Shown in pieces: positions 8,690 to 18,907 of a stretch of 64,000 bases of DNA. The stretch is from an uncultured Candidatus Saccharibacteria bacterium. Lineage in GTDB: Bacteria; Patescibacteriota; Saccharimonadia; CAILAD01; BJGX01. The position numbers and the translations under genes were made by a program. Location: assembly GCA_964390265.1 (NCBI GenBank), contig CAYMHI010000004.1, positions 922 to 64,921 of the forward strand. Reading direction: 5' to 3'. Positions within the stretch are counted from its first letter, which is position 1; every line of letters starts with the position of its first letter. The notes below the pieces were generated by a model that was not told where the DNA came from, made no database searches, and saw only the letters and a program-made list of their open reading frames with translations.

Positions 8690-10756
8690 TTATATATCCA
8701 GGTTCTCAACTGATTTGGCGTGGGTTTGAATAAAGTTCTTGCGTAGAGCAACTTCTTCGCCCATTAGTTTATTAAATATAGCATCGGCTTTTTCTGCATC
8801 TGCAACAGTTACTTTTAGTAAAATTCGGTGTGCAGGATCCATGGTAGTTTCCCAAAGTTGGTCGGCGTTCATTTCGCCCAAACCTTTATAACGCTGAATA
8901 TTAAGTCCGCTAATTTTTTGAGTGTCGTTGGCCGCATCTACTTCACTTTGATCCTCACTATCTAGAGCTAGTTCGGCAAGTTCTTCGGCTGTTTCAATGT
9001 CTTTTTTGATATCTTGAGCTACACTTTTAGAAGATTTGTCTTTGGACGATTTTAAATCGTCGCTATGAGCCTGCCACTGACTGATAATTTCGTCACGTTG
9101 TTCATCTGAATAAGCATACTGCGATTTTTTACCTTTGCTAATCTTATAAAGAGGGGGCTGGGCAATATATATTTTTCCAGCATCTACCAAGTCGATAAAA
9201 TGACGGTAGAAGAAAGTTAATAGCAGGGTACGAATATGGGCACCGTCTACATCTGCATCGGTCATGATTATAATACGATGATAGCGCAATTTAGAGATAT
9301 CGAAGGTTTCGCCTATGCCAGTACCCATTGCAATAATTAAGTTTTTTACTTCATTATTTGCTAGCATCTTATCTAGCCGTGCTCTTTCAACGTTCAATAT
9401 TTTTCCTCTTAATGGCAATATTGCTTGAAATTCTCTATCACGTCCTTGCTTGGCAGACCCGCCGGCTGAGTCACCCTCTACTATATACACCTCGCTTTTT
9501 TCGGCATCTTTACTAGAACAGTCTGACAGCTTACCAGGCAGAGTCATGCCCTCTAGGGCACCTTTACGTATTACACTATCGCGTGCTGCTCGAGCAGCTA
9601 ATCTGGCTCGAGCCGATAGCACGCCTTTGCCAATTATTTTTCGAGCCTCATTGGGGTTTTCCTCTAAGTAGTAACTAAGGTACTCATTAAGAACTTTTTC
9701 AACCACCGTTCTAATCTCAGGGTTGCCCAGCTTACCCTTGGTTTGTCCTTCAAATTGAGGATCGGGTAATTTTACAGAAATAACCGCAGTCAAACCTTCG
9801 CGTACATCATCGCCAGTCAAATTCTCGTCTTTTTCTTTTATAAGGCCGTTTTTGCGGGCATAGTCGTTGACTACGCGCGTGAGCGCCGATCGAAAGCCTA
9901 CCACGTGAGTACCACCCTCAGAGTTGTAAATATTATTAGCAAATGCCTTTAGCTGCTCATTAAAACTATCGCAGTACTGTATTGCCAACTCTACATTAAC
10001 ATCCCCTACATTTTTATCTACATAAAAAGTCGGTTCATTAAGAGCCTCTTTGCCTTTGTTGAGATGCTCTACGTAGCTTCTGATACCACCCTCAAAATAA
10101 AAACCATAGCTTTTCTGCTTTGATTCATCTATCAAATTTACTCTAACCCCCTTAGTAAGATAAGCTTGATGACGCAGATAATCTAAAATGGTTTTGTAGC
10201 TAAATTGGATTGTTTCAAAGATACTATCATCAGGTAAAAATGATATAGTAGTACCTTTTTTGTCGGTTTTACCGATTTTTTTAATGTCGGTATTGGGTAC
10301 ACCATTTTTATATACCTGCTGATATTCGGTGCCGTCTTTATAAACAGTTGCCACCAAATCTGTAGACAACGCATTAACCACGCTCACGCCTACGCCGTGC
10401 AGACCACCCGATACTTTATAGCCACCACCACCAAATTTACCGCCTGCATGCAATACTGTAAGCACCGTCTCGAGAGCTGACTTACCGGTGGTTTTGTGTT
10501 TGTCTACTGGAATACCACGACCATTATCAGTACAGCTTACCCAACCGTTTTCATGCAGAACCACTTCTACCTCGTTGGCTTCACCGGCAATTGCCTCGTC
10601 TATGGAGTTGTTTACTAGCTCCCAGACTAGGTGGTGCAGACCTTCTGGGCCTGTGCCACCAATATACATACCGGGGCGTTTTCTGACCGGCTCTAGCCCT
10701 TCAAGAACTTGAATTTGCTCGGCTGAATATTGATCTTTAGCGGGCTTATTAGCCAT
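8690..10756 (-). CDS. gyrB: DNA gyrase subunit B
   Basis: VRKRPGMYIG, GGLHGVG, VEGDSAGGSAKQ, MTDADVDG, RYKGLGEMN. Confidence 0.98.
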   Translation of the reverse strand: MANKPAKDQYSAEQIQVLEGLEPVRKRPGMYIGGTGPEGLHHLVWELVNNSIDEAIAGEANEVEVVLHENGWVSCTDNGRGIPVDKHKTTGKSALETVLTVLHAGGKFGGGGYKVSGGLHGVGVSVVNALSTDLVATVYKDGTEYQQVYKNGVPNTDIKKIGKTDKKGTTISFLPDDSIFETIQFSYKTILDYLRHQAYLTKGVRVNLIDESKQKSYGFYFEGGIRSYVEHLNKGKEALNEPTFYVDKNVGDVNVELAIQYCDSFNEQLKAFANNIYNSEGGTHVVGFRSALTRVVNDYARKNGLIKEKDENLTGDDVREGLTAVISVKLPDPQFEGQTKGKLGNPEIRTVVEKVLNEYLSYYLEENPNEARKIIGKGVLSARARLAARAARDSVIRKGALEGMTLPGKLSDCSSKDAEKSEVYIVEGDSAGGSAKQGRDREFQAILPLRGKILNVERARLDKMLANNEVKNLIIAMGTGIGETFDISKLRYHRIIIMTDADVDGAHIRTLLLTFFYRHFIDLVDAGKIYIAQPPLYKISKGKKSQYAYSDEQRDEIISQWQAHSDDLKSSKDKSSKSVAQDIKKDIETAEELAELALDSEDQSEVDAANDTQKISGLNIQRYKGLGEMNADQLWETTMDPAHRILLKVTVADAEKADAIFNKLMGEEVALRKNFIQTHAKSVENLDI

Positions 10757-10965
10757 ATTTAAAGCAGGTCCCCTCTATAAATTATTAGTTAATATAATGA
10801 TTTTACATTTAATCAAAAACAAAAGACAAGTACTAATTTATATTATAATTTATTACTTATACTTAATACTTATTATAGGTGACTAACAGGTTAAAAACAA
10901 GCCTTTATAAAGAATATTTTATGCGTAGATCAAATAGTCTTAGGCTATAGTAAAATCATAAACTT

Positions 10966-11304
10966 CTACTCAATTTCGGCCTGAATACCACCAAATTTAT
11001 TTGACGCTAGGTTGTATAAGGCAGCAGTTATAAGCCCGCCAATAAGTCCTATCAGTGCGTAAAAACCAACGATTAACGCACCAACTAATAAGCCGCCAAA
11101 CAGTCCTCCAAACAACCCCAGCACAATATTATTGTTACCGGCGCCAGCAGCAATTCCGATAAATAAAATTATCACTGCATACACTACGCCAAGTATAAGC
11201 CCCAACAATCCATATATAGCGGCCAAAATCTTAGCTACACTCATCGGTTCTAAATGTTTTATAGTTACTTTTCTAGCGTTTATTGTACTCATACATTTCA
11301 CCAT
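10966..11304 (-). CDS. Small two-TM membrane protein (DUF3566-like)
   Basis: IKHLEPMSVAK...LYNL...GGI pattern with two Gly-rich TM helices. Confidence 0.55.
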   Translation of the reverse strand: MVKCMSTINARKVTIKHLEPMSVAKILAAIYGLLGLILGVVYAVIILFIGIAAGAGNNNIVLGLFGGLFGGLLVGALIVGFYALIGLIGGLITAALYNLASNKFGGIQAEIE

Positions 11305-11322
11305 TACCCTTGAGGGTACATA

Positions 11323-11928
11323 CTAAACATCTTCTGGACGATTAAATCTATGATAAATGAACTCAACAAGCATACCTAGTACAGCTCCCACTACTAGAAA
11401 CAGTATGAATGTCATATTCGGAATCACGTAGCCGTAGTAACGCGCACCAATATAGACAATTAATCCAAGGGTTAGCCCCACCACCGAGCCACCAATCAAT
11501 AGAGAAGGACGCATTACTGTCTTACTAGCTACATCGCTAACTTTTTCGACTACCGGATTGTGAACAAACTTTGAAAACGTTCTTGATCGTTTTGGCAATT
11601 GAGCTTGAACTTTCTTAATTTCTTTCTTGTAAACAGCTTTTTTCTCAGCTGCAGTGTAGCTTTCAGGTTTTTTAGCCTCTAGCTCATGCGGTTTGTGCTT
11701 CTCGTGTGACTGTTTGTCTTTATCGGCCTCTGGTTTGAGTTTGAGTTTTTCTTTTTCAGCCTTAAGTACTTTCTCAGCCACGTGGCCCTTGTGCTCTAAC
11801 TCGCTTTTTTTATGGCTTAGCTCAGCTTTATTTGGTTTGGCTTCTTTACGCTTGACTGGCTCAATATCTTTTAGATTGGGCTTTTCAGCACTTGATCCCG
11901 GGTGTTTTTCAATATTTTTTTCAGACAT
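11323..11928 (-). CDS. Hypothetical membrane protein with charged N-terminus
   Basis: K/E-rich N-terminus, two C-terminal TM helices; overlaps the upstream stop. Confidence 0.65.
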   Translation of the reverse strand: MSEKNIEKHPGSSAEKPNLKDIEPVKRKEAKPNKAELSHKKSELEHKGHVAEKVLKAEKEKLKLKPEADKDKQSHEKHKPHELEAKKPESYTAAEKKAVYKKEIKKVQAQLPKRSRTFSKFVHNPVVEKVSDVASKTVMRPSLLIGGSVVGLTLGLIVYIGARYYGYVIPNMTFILFLVVGAVLGMLVEFIYHRFNRPEDV

Positions 11929-14266
11929 AAGGGGTTACTCCATCACTTAATGTTTCGACAAGCTCAATTTCTCTTTTTAATAGACGATTTCTAAAGTACA
12001 GATATAGTGAGCTCGCAGCGAAGAATCCAATGAATAGTAGAGGTATAGCTTCTGAGCCAGTCTGAGGCAGCACACCACTCACCATAGTTGTAACAATATT
12101 TGCGCTACACTCAATTCGTTTGGCCGGATTAACATACAATGGAGTCTTTACTAGTTTGCCAAAGAATTCGTCTTGAACCATACAGTCATAATTAGTCGAA
12201 TCGGTAGGCTTATGTGCTATGGTTGGTAGCGGATTTTTTAGAGCTACAGTAAACTCTTTGGATACAAATACCGGGTTGCCATCAACAGGAGAAGGCGGCA
12301 CATCTACAGCTGGCCATATTAATATAGATTGTCCGTCTCGCTGTTCTAATCTAGCTCCACCTGCATCAACCAGGTCGGCATACTCCAGAATGTCAGAAAT
12401 ATTATCCTGAAAAACGAAACCTGTAATTGTAGTGGCGCCGGTATTGCTCATACCTATAGTGTAAGTAAGTTTGTCGCCGCCCCTGGCACGAACATTGTTG
12501 GCATCGGTAGGTTTGCCATCACTAGTAAGGAGGGTAATGTTTCTAACAGTTTTTTGGAATAGCTGGTTTTCAACAGTAATTGTGGCTGTGCAAGTATCGT
12601 TGGAAGATGTTGCATCATTATCGTTAGCCACAACTACAACCGTAGCTGTATAGCGGCCACCGTTATTGTAGGTATGTTGTACAGCCTGCGATAGTTGATT
12701 AGATTGTACGGTCTGCCTATTACCGTCACCAAAGTCAAACCGGTACTCTTTAATAGTAGTATTTTCTGCACTAGATTGTGCCGTCAATGTAGTGATGAGT
12801 GGTGTTGATACCGAACTATTAGGGTTGGCGGTTAGTCTTATGCAACTAAATAACTTGGCGGGTTCTTCACATCTAGGGTCGCCTTGAGGTATACCTGGTC
12901 TACACTCATTAACACCTGTTACAGTAAACGGAGCCCAACAATCTTTAGTGTCTGCAACGGCAACATTATTTTGGTTGTAAACTCTCAATGTAATAAGATA
13001 GTTGCCTGGTTCAGTTCGTCTAAACGAATCGGCATTAAATGATACTGGTGGTTCTCCTACAGGGTCGCGCAGAGTAGTATTAGCATGAACAATCTTGGCC
13101 ACCCCAGGTACAGGTAGGTAGAACTTACCATTCATTTTTATAGTTTGCGCTGTTTCATTTGGAGTCTCTTTGTATAGAGTGTATTCGTATTTGCTTGGTC
13201 TAGGATCAGCACCGGAACCTTCGGTTACTTCAGCTTTGCCGGTCAATACCGGTGTAAATGGTGCCACGCCAGTTGAGCTACCCATTTTAAGGTCTTTACA
13301 TACTAGATCTTTTGGTGCGGCTTTAGGCTGCACCACAATAGTCATCGCACAATTACCGTTGGCGCTACCTGGTGCAATTACTGAAGTTCCACCACTGTTG
13401 TATGAGACCCATAGCCGCACTACAAATGTTCCGGCTTGGTTGAAGGTAAAGTTGCGTACATTAGGGTCTTTAAAATAGCCCGTAGGATTATCGCTAATTC
13501 CATCGGCACGCTTTAGCTCGCCGACCAGCTGACCCAAAGCAGTACCGTCTGGTTTGTAAACACCATAGGCCATATTTACTTTTTCACCAGTAGATACATT
13601 ACTGCCTTTGGCGTAACCTCTATAGCCAACTTCAGCGCCAACTTTTACCGGGCCTGGATTAGTAGCATTTAAATTGTCGCAGATGATTACTTTGGCTGGT
13701 GCTGGTGGGGAGGTAGGTCGTAAAATAATATTGCCACAATCTAGCGCCACACCCCATTCATACCACTGACCAGTAGAAGTATCTTGAATTTTATCTTTGC
13801 CTAATATTACACTCAGACAGCTAGTGTTCCAGCGAGACTCGGCTGGCCCTATATAAATTCCAGGTTGAAACTGAGTAGATCCCCCAAAATTTTCCCTACC
13901 CATCGATAGCCAGCCCTGACCCTTACAGGCCGATCCGGTTGAAGCAGCCTGCATCTTGGCTTGGGTGATCTGCAAACGATTAAATACCTGTTGAATACCA
14001 CCTGGATTTTGGTTCCATACTTTGCTAATTAGAGATGATTTGGTAAATGGCCCGCCCGAGATTAGATCGTTGGCTGAAGATGCATAGCTTGGTTTTGGGG
14101 GAGCTACAAAGGTAATAAACTGAAACAGCAACATACCAATCATTAATACTGCAGCTAGTCGCCTGGTGGCCGTTTCTTTAGATAGTCGTTTAGCATAAAA
14201 CAAAACCTTACTTTTCGATAATGCTCCTGTCGAAAAGCCCGTTACTACATCTCTAAAGTTTTTCAT
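11921..14266 (-). CDS. Large surface protein with Ig/PKD-like and DUF11-like domains and LPQTG anchor
   Basis: FDFGDG...HTY PKD motif, GDKLTYTI DUF11-like motif, paired Cys, LPQTG followed by TM and basic residues. Confidence 0.75.
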   Translation of the reverse strand: MKNFRDVVTGFSTGALSKSKVLFYAKRLSKETATRRLAAVLMIGMLLFQFITFVAPPKPSYASSANDLISGGPFTKSSLISKVWNQNPGGIQQVFNRLQITQAKMQAASTGSACKGQGWLSMGRENFGGSTQFQPGIYIGPAESRWNTSCLSVILGKDKIQDTSTGQWYEWGVALDCGNIILRPTSPPAPAKVIICDNLNATNPGPVKVGAEVGYRGYAKGSNVSTGEKVNMAYGVYKPDGTALGQLVGELKRADGISDNPTGYFKDPNVRNFTFNQAGTFVVRLWVSYNSGGTSVIAPGSANGNCAMTIVVQPKAAPKDLVCKDLKMGSSTGVAPFTPVLTGKAEVTEGSGADPRPSKYEYTLYKETPNETAQTIKMNGKFYLPVPGVAKIVHANTTLRDPVGEPPVSFNADSFRRTEPGNYLITLRVYNQNNVAVADTKDCWAPFTVTGVNECRPGIPQGDPRCEEPAKLFSCIRLTANPNSSVSTPLITTLTAQSSAENTTIKEYRFDFGDGNRQTVQSNQLSQAVQHTYNNGGRYTATVVVVANDNDATSSNDTCTATITVENQLFQKTVRNITLLTSDGKPTDANNVRARGGDKLTYTIGMSNTGATTITGFVFQDNISDILEYADLVDAGGARLEQRDGQSILIWPAVDVPPSPVDGNPVFVSKEFTVALKNPLPTIAHKPTDSTNYDCMVQDEFFGKLVKTPLYVNPAKRIECSANIVTTMVSGVLPQTGSEAIPLLFIGFFAASSLYLYFRNRLLKREIELVETLSDGVTPYV

Positions 14267-14372
14267 TTTTGTATTCCCCGCCTTAGCTTATATTATGTTA
14301 TTTAACTGCATTATAATATAAAGTGAAGCATAAGCGCAAGCATTTGTTGTTACTTTATTTTTAATACAGTAT

Positions 14373-16874
14373 TTAGCCCACTCGGGAAGGTTGTGGCTCA
14401 GTAGATGTGGCACTTTTTGAGCTACTAATAGCATCGAGGCTGGCTGCTACTTCAGCTTCCACCTCAGCTTTTGGTCGGCTATACTTGCTTCGCGACAGAT
14501 CACGCATAGCAGTTTGAAGCTCAGTATTAATAATTTCTTTATCTACCGGAGGGTAACCACGCATAGAAAATGGAGTTACTGGCTTACCATTAGCAATTAT
14601 TTTGGCGACCGCATAATGATTGGGTATATTGGCAATATCACTAGCGCTAAACTGTGGTTCAAATTGCTTGGCAAGGTACTCGGCATCATCGTTACCGACT
14701 CTATGAATTATCATACTACCTACGTTTCCAAACACGGCGTCGCGTATTTGCTCATCAATTTGCTCAATGTATTGATTAGCCACGGTCAAATTAAAGTGGT
14801 ATTTTCTAGCCTCAGACAATATAGTTGCAAAACTGTCAGTAGCAATATTTTGAAACTCATCTACATATAACCCAAAATCAACACGTTCATGCTCTGGTAT
14901 GTCAGCCCTACTCATAGCTGCTACCTGCAGCTTAATAACAAATATCATGCCTAATAACTTGGCATTCAATTCACCCATAAGGCCTTTACTAAGGTTTACT
15001 ATTAATATTTTATTGTTGTCCATAATGTCGCGAAAGTTGAGAGCCGATTTCTTTTGGCCAATAATATTTCGAAGCATTTCGTTATTGGCTACTGCACCAA
15101 ATTTTGAAGCAAAATAACCCAACATATCAGACTTAGTGCGCGCATCGGTTTGGGCCATTTCGTTTGTCCAAAAAGCTTGTACGGTTGGGTCGGTCAGATA
15201 CTTAAATTTTTTCTTCAGATATTCATCGTCGGTAAATACCCTAGGAACCTCAATATATGAGCCACCCTCAGGATCAGCCATAACCGTCAAAGCGGCATTT
15301 CTAAACCAGTTTTCAAACTGCGGCCCTATCATGCCCTGATGCTGAGGGTCGTATAGCTTATAAAGCATGCTTATTATTTCTTGTACTATAAAGTCTTTTT
15401 GTTCAGGCTTATTGTGATCGTACTCCATAATATTGAGACCCATTGGGTATTCGGTATCGCCAGGTGAAAAATAGATAACGTCTTCAGCACGATTGGCCGG
15501 AATACGACCTAGCAGTCGCTCGGCTTCATCTCCGTTAGGATCAATAAAACAGAAGCCTCGGCCTTCTTTGGCGTCTTGAATCATCAAGTTAGTAAGCAAT
15601 ACAGACTTACCAGTACCAGTTTGTCCAATTATATATATGTGTCTGCGCTTATCATCTTTGGTCAAATATATTGGCGTTTCGTGACCGCCAAAAATATTTA
15701 GGCCAATTCGCATGCCTTCGGTCGGTAAACCAGCTGGGGCAGCCACTTCCTTGGCGGCTTTTCTTTCGATATTAACTGCCGAGCCTACTACTTCGCTTGG
15801 CAAGTGGAATATTGTGGCTAGCTCAACCGAATTCAAAACCAAATCATTCTGGCTGGCCGGGAAAAATCTAAATATAAAATCAGTAGCAACTTTTTGGGGT
15901 TCTTTAGCACTTTTGTATTTAAAACTATTAGCGCCACCTTGACTTAGCTGTGCAAATCCCAAATTAATATCTTGAATAATTACTTTTGACCTTATAGGAT
16001 CATCAGAGCTGGCAATTATTCTTATGCAAGTCTCAAAAGCTGGCGATTTGGCTTTTTGCTCAATCAACTCCGATTTTTTCTGGTCAATTGCATCTGGTTG
16101 TTTGTCGGGTTTGTTCTTGTTGTCAACATCGTCTTTTCTTTTAAAAGGAGCTTTAGCTACATAGCCGGCAAACTCCATTGCCTTACCGGCACCACTATCG
16201 TCTTTTTTATTAGGATCAAGCACCTGTTTAGCTCGCTTTATAGCTTGTTTGGCCCAGTCAGAGCCAGCCGGCCGTATCATTAACTGAATGGCCGCACCTT
16301 CGTGATCTTCAAGATTAGACAGCCCTGCTAACATTCCAGACAAAGCATCACTATCACTATCGCGGTAAGTGTTGATAGGTAAGTAACTCTCCTTGGCTAG
16401 TTGAAGCTCACCACCCTGTACCCCAGCGATTTTACTGGCTTTTGAGAATATATTAATATCTTCGGCTTTTTCTATTTGAATGCCCGTATAGGCCGATGTT
16501 AGCGATTTTTGCACCGCACTCAGTAGCGTTGCCGGCACAGCTATGTAGAAATTAATTTGTTTACCATCAGCGACTATCTCAAAACTAACATATTTTTTAC
16601 CATAAAATTTAGACTTGTCGGTCGCAATTCCCGAGAGCAGATTAAATACGCCCTCCGCTTTAGAAATGTTCTCTTTAATGAGCTCACGGGTATCTCTAGA
16701 CCCATCTTCGGCTTCCTGTGGCGGTAGCTTAACCAGAAGTGGTACCATTTTTAATGATCTTTCTATATCTTTACTACGCCGAGCAACACGTCGATACCAA
16801 AAAAACCCGATGGCACTTATCAGCGCCACAAAGGCCAACATTATTATCAACATAAACATTACAAACTGCGACAT
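14373..16874 (-). CDS. VirD4/TraD-like (HerA-FtsK superfamily) membrane ATPase
   Basis: N-terminal TM, RRHIYIIGQTGTGKS Walker A, IDPNGD, YVDEFQN Walker B, LSEARKY, ANQY, AVFGNVG. Confidence 0.85.
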   Translation of the reverse strand: MSQFVMFMLIIMLAFVALISAIGFFWYRRVARRSKDIERSLKMVPLLVKLPPQEAEDGSRDTRELIKENISKAEGVFNLLSGIATDKSKFYGKKYVSFEIVADGKQINFYIAVPATLLSAVQKSLTSAYTGIQIEKAEDINIFSKASKIAGVQGGELQLAKESYLPINTYRDSDSDALSGMLAGLSNLEDHEGAAIQLMIRPAGSDWAKQAIKRAKQVLDPNKKDDSGAGKAMEFAGYVAKAPFKRKDDVDNKNKPDKQPDAIDQKKSELIEQKAKSPAFETCIRIIASSDDPIRSKVIIQDINLGFAQLSQGGANSFKYKSAKEPQKVATDFIFRFFPASQNDLVLNSVELATIFHLPSEVVGSAVNIERKAAKEVAAPAGLPTEGMRIGLNIFGGHETPIYLTKDDKRRHIYIIGQTGTGKSVLLTNLMIQDAKEGRGFCFIDPNGDEAERLLGRIPANRAEDVIYFSPGDTEYPMGLNIMEYDHNKPEQKDFIVQEIISMLYKLYDPQHQGMIGPQFENWFRNAALTVMADPEGGSYIEVPRVFTDDEYLKKKFKYLTDPTVQAFWTNEMAQTDARTKSDMLGYFASKFGAVANNEMLRNIIGQKKSALNFRDIMDNNKILIVNLSKGLMGELNAKLLGMIFVIKLQVAAMSRADIPEHERVDFGLYVDEFQNIATDSFATILSEARKYHFNLTVANQYIEQIDEQIRDAVFGNVGSMIIHRVGNDDAEYLAKQFEPQFSASDIANIPNHYAVAKIIANGKPVTPFSMRGYPPVDKEIINTELQTAMRDLSRSKYSRPKAEVEAEVAASLDAISSSKSATSTEPQPSRVG

Positions 16875-16882
16875 ACTATCAC

Positions 16883-17338
16883 CTAATTAACATCTAAATT
16901 AAATCGTTTTTTTATATATACTCGGCTCATTTCGTGTTGATGCTCATCCTCTAGTGCTGGGTCGTCCTTATCTTGCTCTATCACATCTTCAGTCTTTTTT
17001 ACCCAAGACTTCTCAATCAAATCGACATCTTCGGCTGGTAACGACTCTAGCGTTTTTGCAAACATATCTCTAGCCGACTTGGCATCGGTGTGAACACTAC
17101 TGGCTTGTGTTGGAGCTGATTGAGAGAGGGTGGTCGAATTAGTCGCAGGTTGATTCGGTATTGGGTTTGGCGAAGTAGTTGCTTGAGGTGCAATTTCGGG
17201 ACGTGGAAGGTTAGGTTGTTGCTCGGTGGTATTTGCTACAGACTCATTAACTTGAGCTACCCCAGGACTAGGCTCAGCCACTGGTGACGCAGCCGGATAA
17301 AATGCATTATTTGGGTTGTGCACGTTAGGAGTATTCAT
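16883..17338 (-). CDS. Hypothetical protein with Pro/Thr-rich N-terminus
   Basis: Low-complexity N-terminus and ordered-looking C-terminus (AEDVDLIEKSWV...YIKKRF); directly upstream of the ATPase. Confidence 0.65.
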   Translation of the reverse strand: MNTPNVHNPNNAFYPAASPVAEPSPGVAQVNESVANTTEQQPNLPRPEIAPQATTSPNPIPNQPATNSTTLSQSAPTQASSVHTDAKSARDMFAKTLESLPAEDVDLIEKSWVKKTEDVIEQDKDDPALEDEHQHEMSRVYIKKRFNLDVN

Positions 17339-17371
17339 AATAATTATTATACCAGTTATGGTTGGTTCGGA

Positions 17372-18850
17372 CTAGCTGTGAATCCAAACTGGGGTACCAA
17401 TATTAACCCAACCGAATAAGAAAGCAGCCGAGCTTTTGGGCATATTAACACAACCATGACTTCCGCCATTAATATAGTCTTGGCCTCCAAAGCTAGATCG
17501 CCAATCAGCATCATGAAACCCTGCGCCCCCATTAAAGGGCATCCAATAATCGACAAACACGTTGTAACTCCATCCATACTGACTGCCATTTAGATAGCGA
17601 CTTCTTTGTTTAGAATAGATAGAGAATAGTCCTGTTTGAGTACCAAACCCATAGCCAGATGCTCCGCTTGTTACCGGAGTAGAGAAGATTACTTGATTGT
17701 CTTGATAAGCCCACAGGCGTTGTTGGCTCAAATTTACCTCTATATAAGTACCATAATCTATACCAGCTGTACGATTGGTTTCGGTTTTATAGGCCACCGG
17801 ACTGGCTGAAAGATTTACCGAGATATCTTTATTGTCTCTCAGGCCATTTACGATCGCGTCTATAGCTACCTGCTGGTTAATTGATCGGCCGTCTTTTCCT
17901 TCTTGTTCTACCGAAGATACGCCATTTCTAATATTGATCTTTTTATTAGTTGGCGCAATATTAATTTGGTTGGCAACACTCTGTACATAGCCAGATACCT
18001 GTTCTGGCGAAACACTAGCTTGCAAATGTAATTTACCATCACTACCAACAACCTCGCTAAAAACTATCATATGACCTATGGCGTTACTATCGGCGACATA
18101 TTTTTTACCTTCAAACTCCATAGATACCGATCTGGATAGTATTGTCTCAGCTTGGGTTTTTGCATCATTGGTGTCTGCAGCTAATATTTCAGCCTTCACG
18201 GTTTGGGGTTCTAAATATAAGTTCTGATCCTTTGCATCTTGCAAAGAAGTAGCGATTATTCTAGTCAAATATTTTTGATCTACTCTTAATCCGTCTTTAT
18301 CGGGGACAATTTGCACTATCCCGTTTTCAACCTTCAGTGTGGCATTTTGAGCCTTATAGCCTACCGATCCAATAATTGAATCGGTAAAACTTTTTAGCTT
18401 AACCAAGTCTACATCGTAAGCATAACCTATCTGACCCCTCTCGCCAATTGCTATTGTATTTAATAAAGCCAACGACTTACCGTGGCCCACCTGGTAGGCA
18501 GTATCGACAGTAGTTGGTATATCATAGCTAGCACCTAACTCATCGCTAGTAACAGTAAATACTTTTTCACCCACCTTAACAGTAAAAGTGCGTTGAAGCT
18601 TTTGACTATTTAAGTAATCAAGGGTTTCTTTTCTAGACAAAAAACTAACGTCATTGCCGGCTATCGACACTCCGGGCGCCATACGGCCCATAGTGGTGGC
18701 TGAAATAAATAGCTCTATAAAACAAAATATTAGTATCAAACTTATTATTAGAAAGTTTATTCTTGCAGTTTTGCTCGGCTTCATACCAGATTGAGACATA
18801 AATCTAGGTAAATGCAGCCAGTGCTTGTGCGGTTCGGTTTTATTTTTCAT
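17372..18850 (-). CDS. L,D-transpeptidase (YkuD family) with peptidoglycan-binding domains
   Basis: YIEVNLSQQRL, GFHDA...GSHGCVN catalytic motif, N-terminal TM. Confidence 0.9.
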   Translation of the reverse strand: MKNKTEPHKHWLHLPRFMSQSGMKPSKTARINFLIISLILIFCFIELFISATTMGRMAPGVSIAGNDVSFLSRKETLDYLNSQKLQRTFTVKVGEKVFTVTSDELGASYDIPTTVDTAYQVGHGKSLALLNTIAIGERGQIGYAYDVDLVKLKSFTDSIIGSVGYKAQNATLKVENGIVQIVPDKDGLRVDQKYLTRIIATSLQDAKDQNLYLEPQTVKAEILAADTNDAKTQAETILSRSVSMEFEGKKYVADSNAIGHMIVFSEVVGSDGKLHLQASVSPEQVSGYVQSVANQINIAPTNKKINIRNGVSSVEQEGKDGRSINQQVAIDAIVNGLRDNKDISVNLSASPVAYKTETNRTAGIDYGTYIEVNLSQQRLWAYQDNQVIFSTPVTSGASGYGFGTQTGLFSIYSKQRSRYLNGSQYGWSYNVFVDYWMPFNGGAGFHDADWRSSFGGQDYINGGSHGCVNMPKSSAAFLFGWVNIGTPVWIHS

Positions 18851-18907
18851 TTTTAGCGTAGGTTAATACACCAATTATATAACAATTGCTTATGCTTAAC
18901 CACCTTC

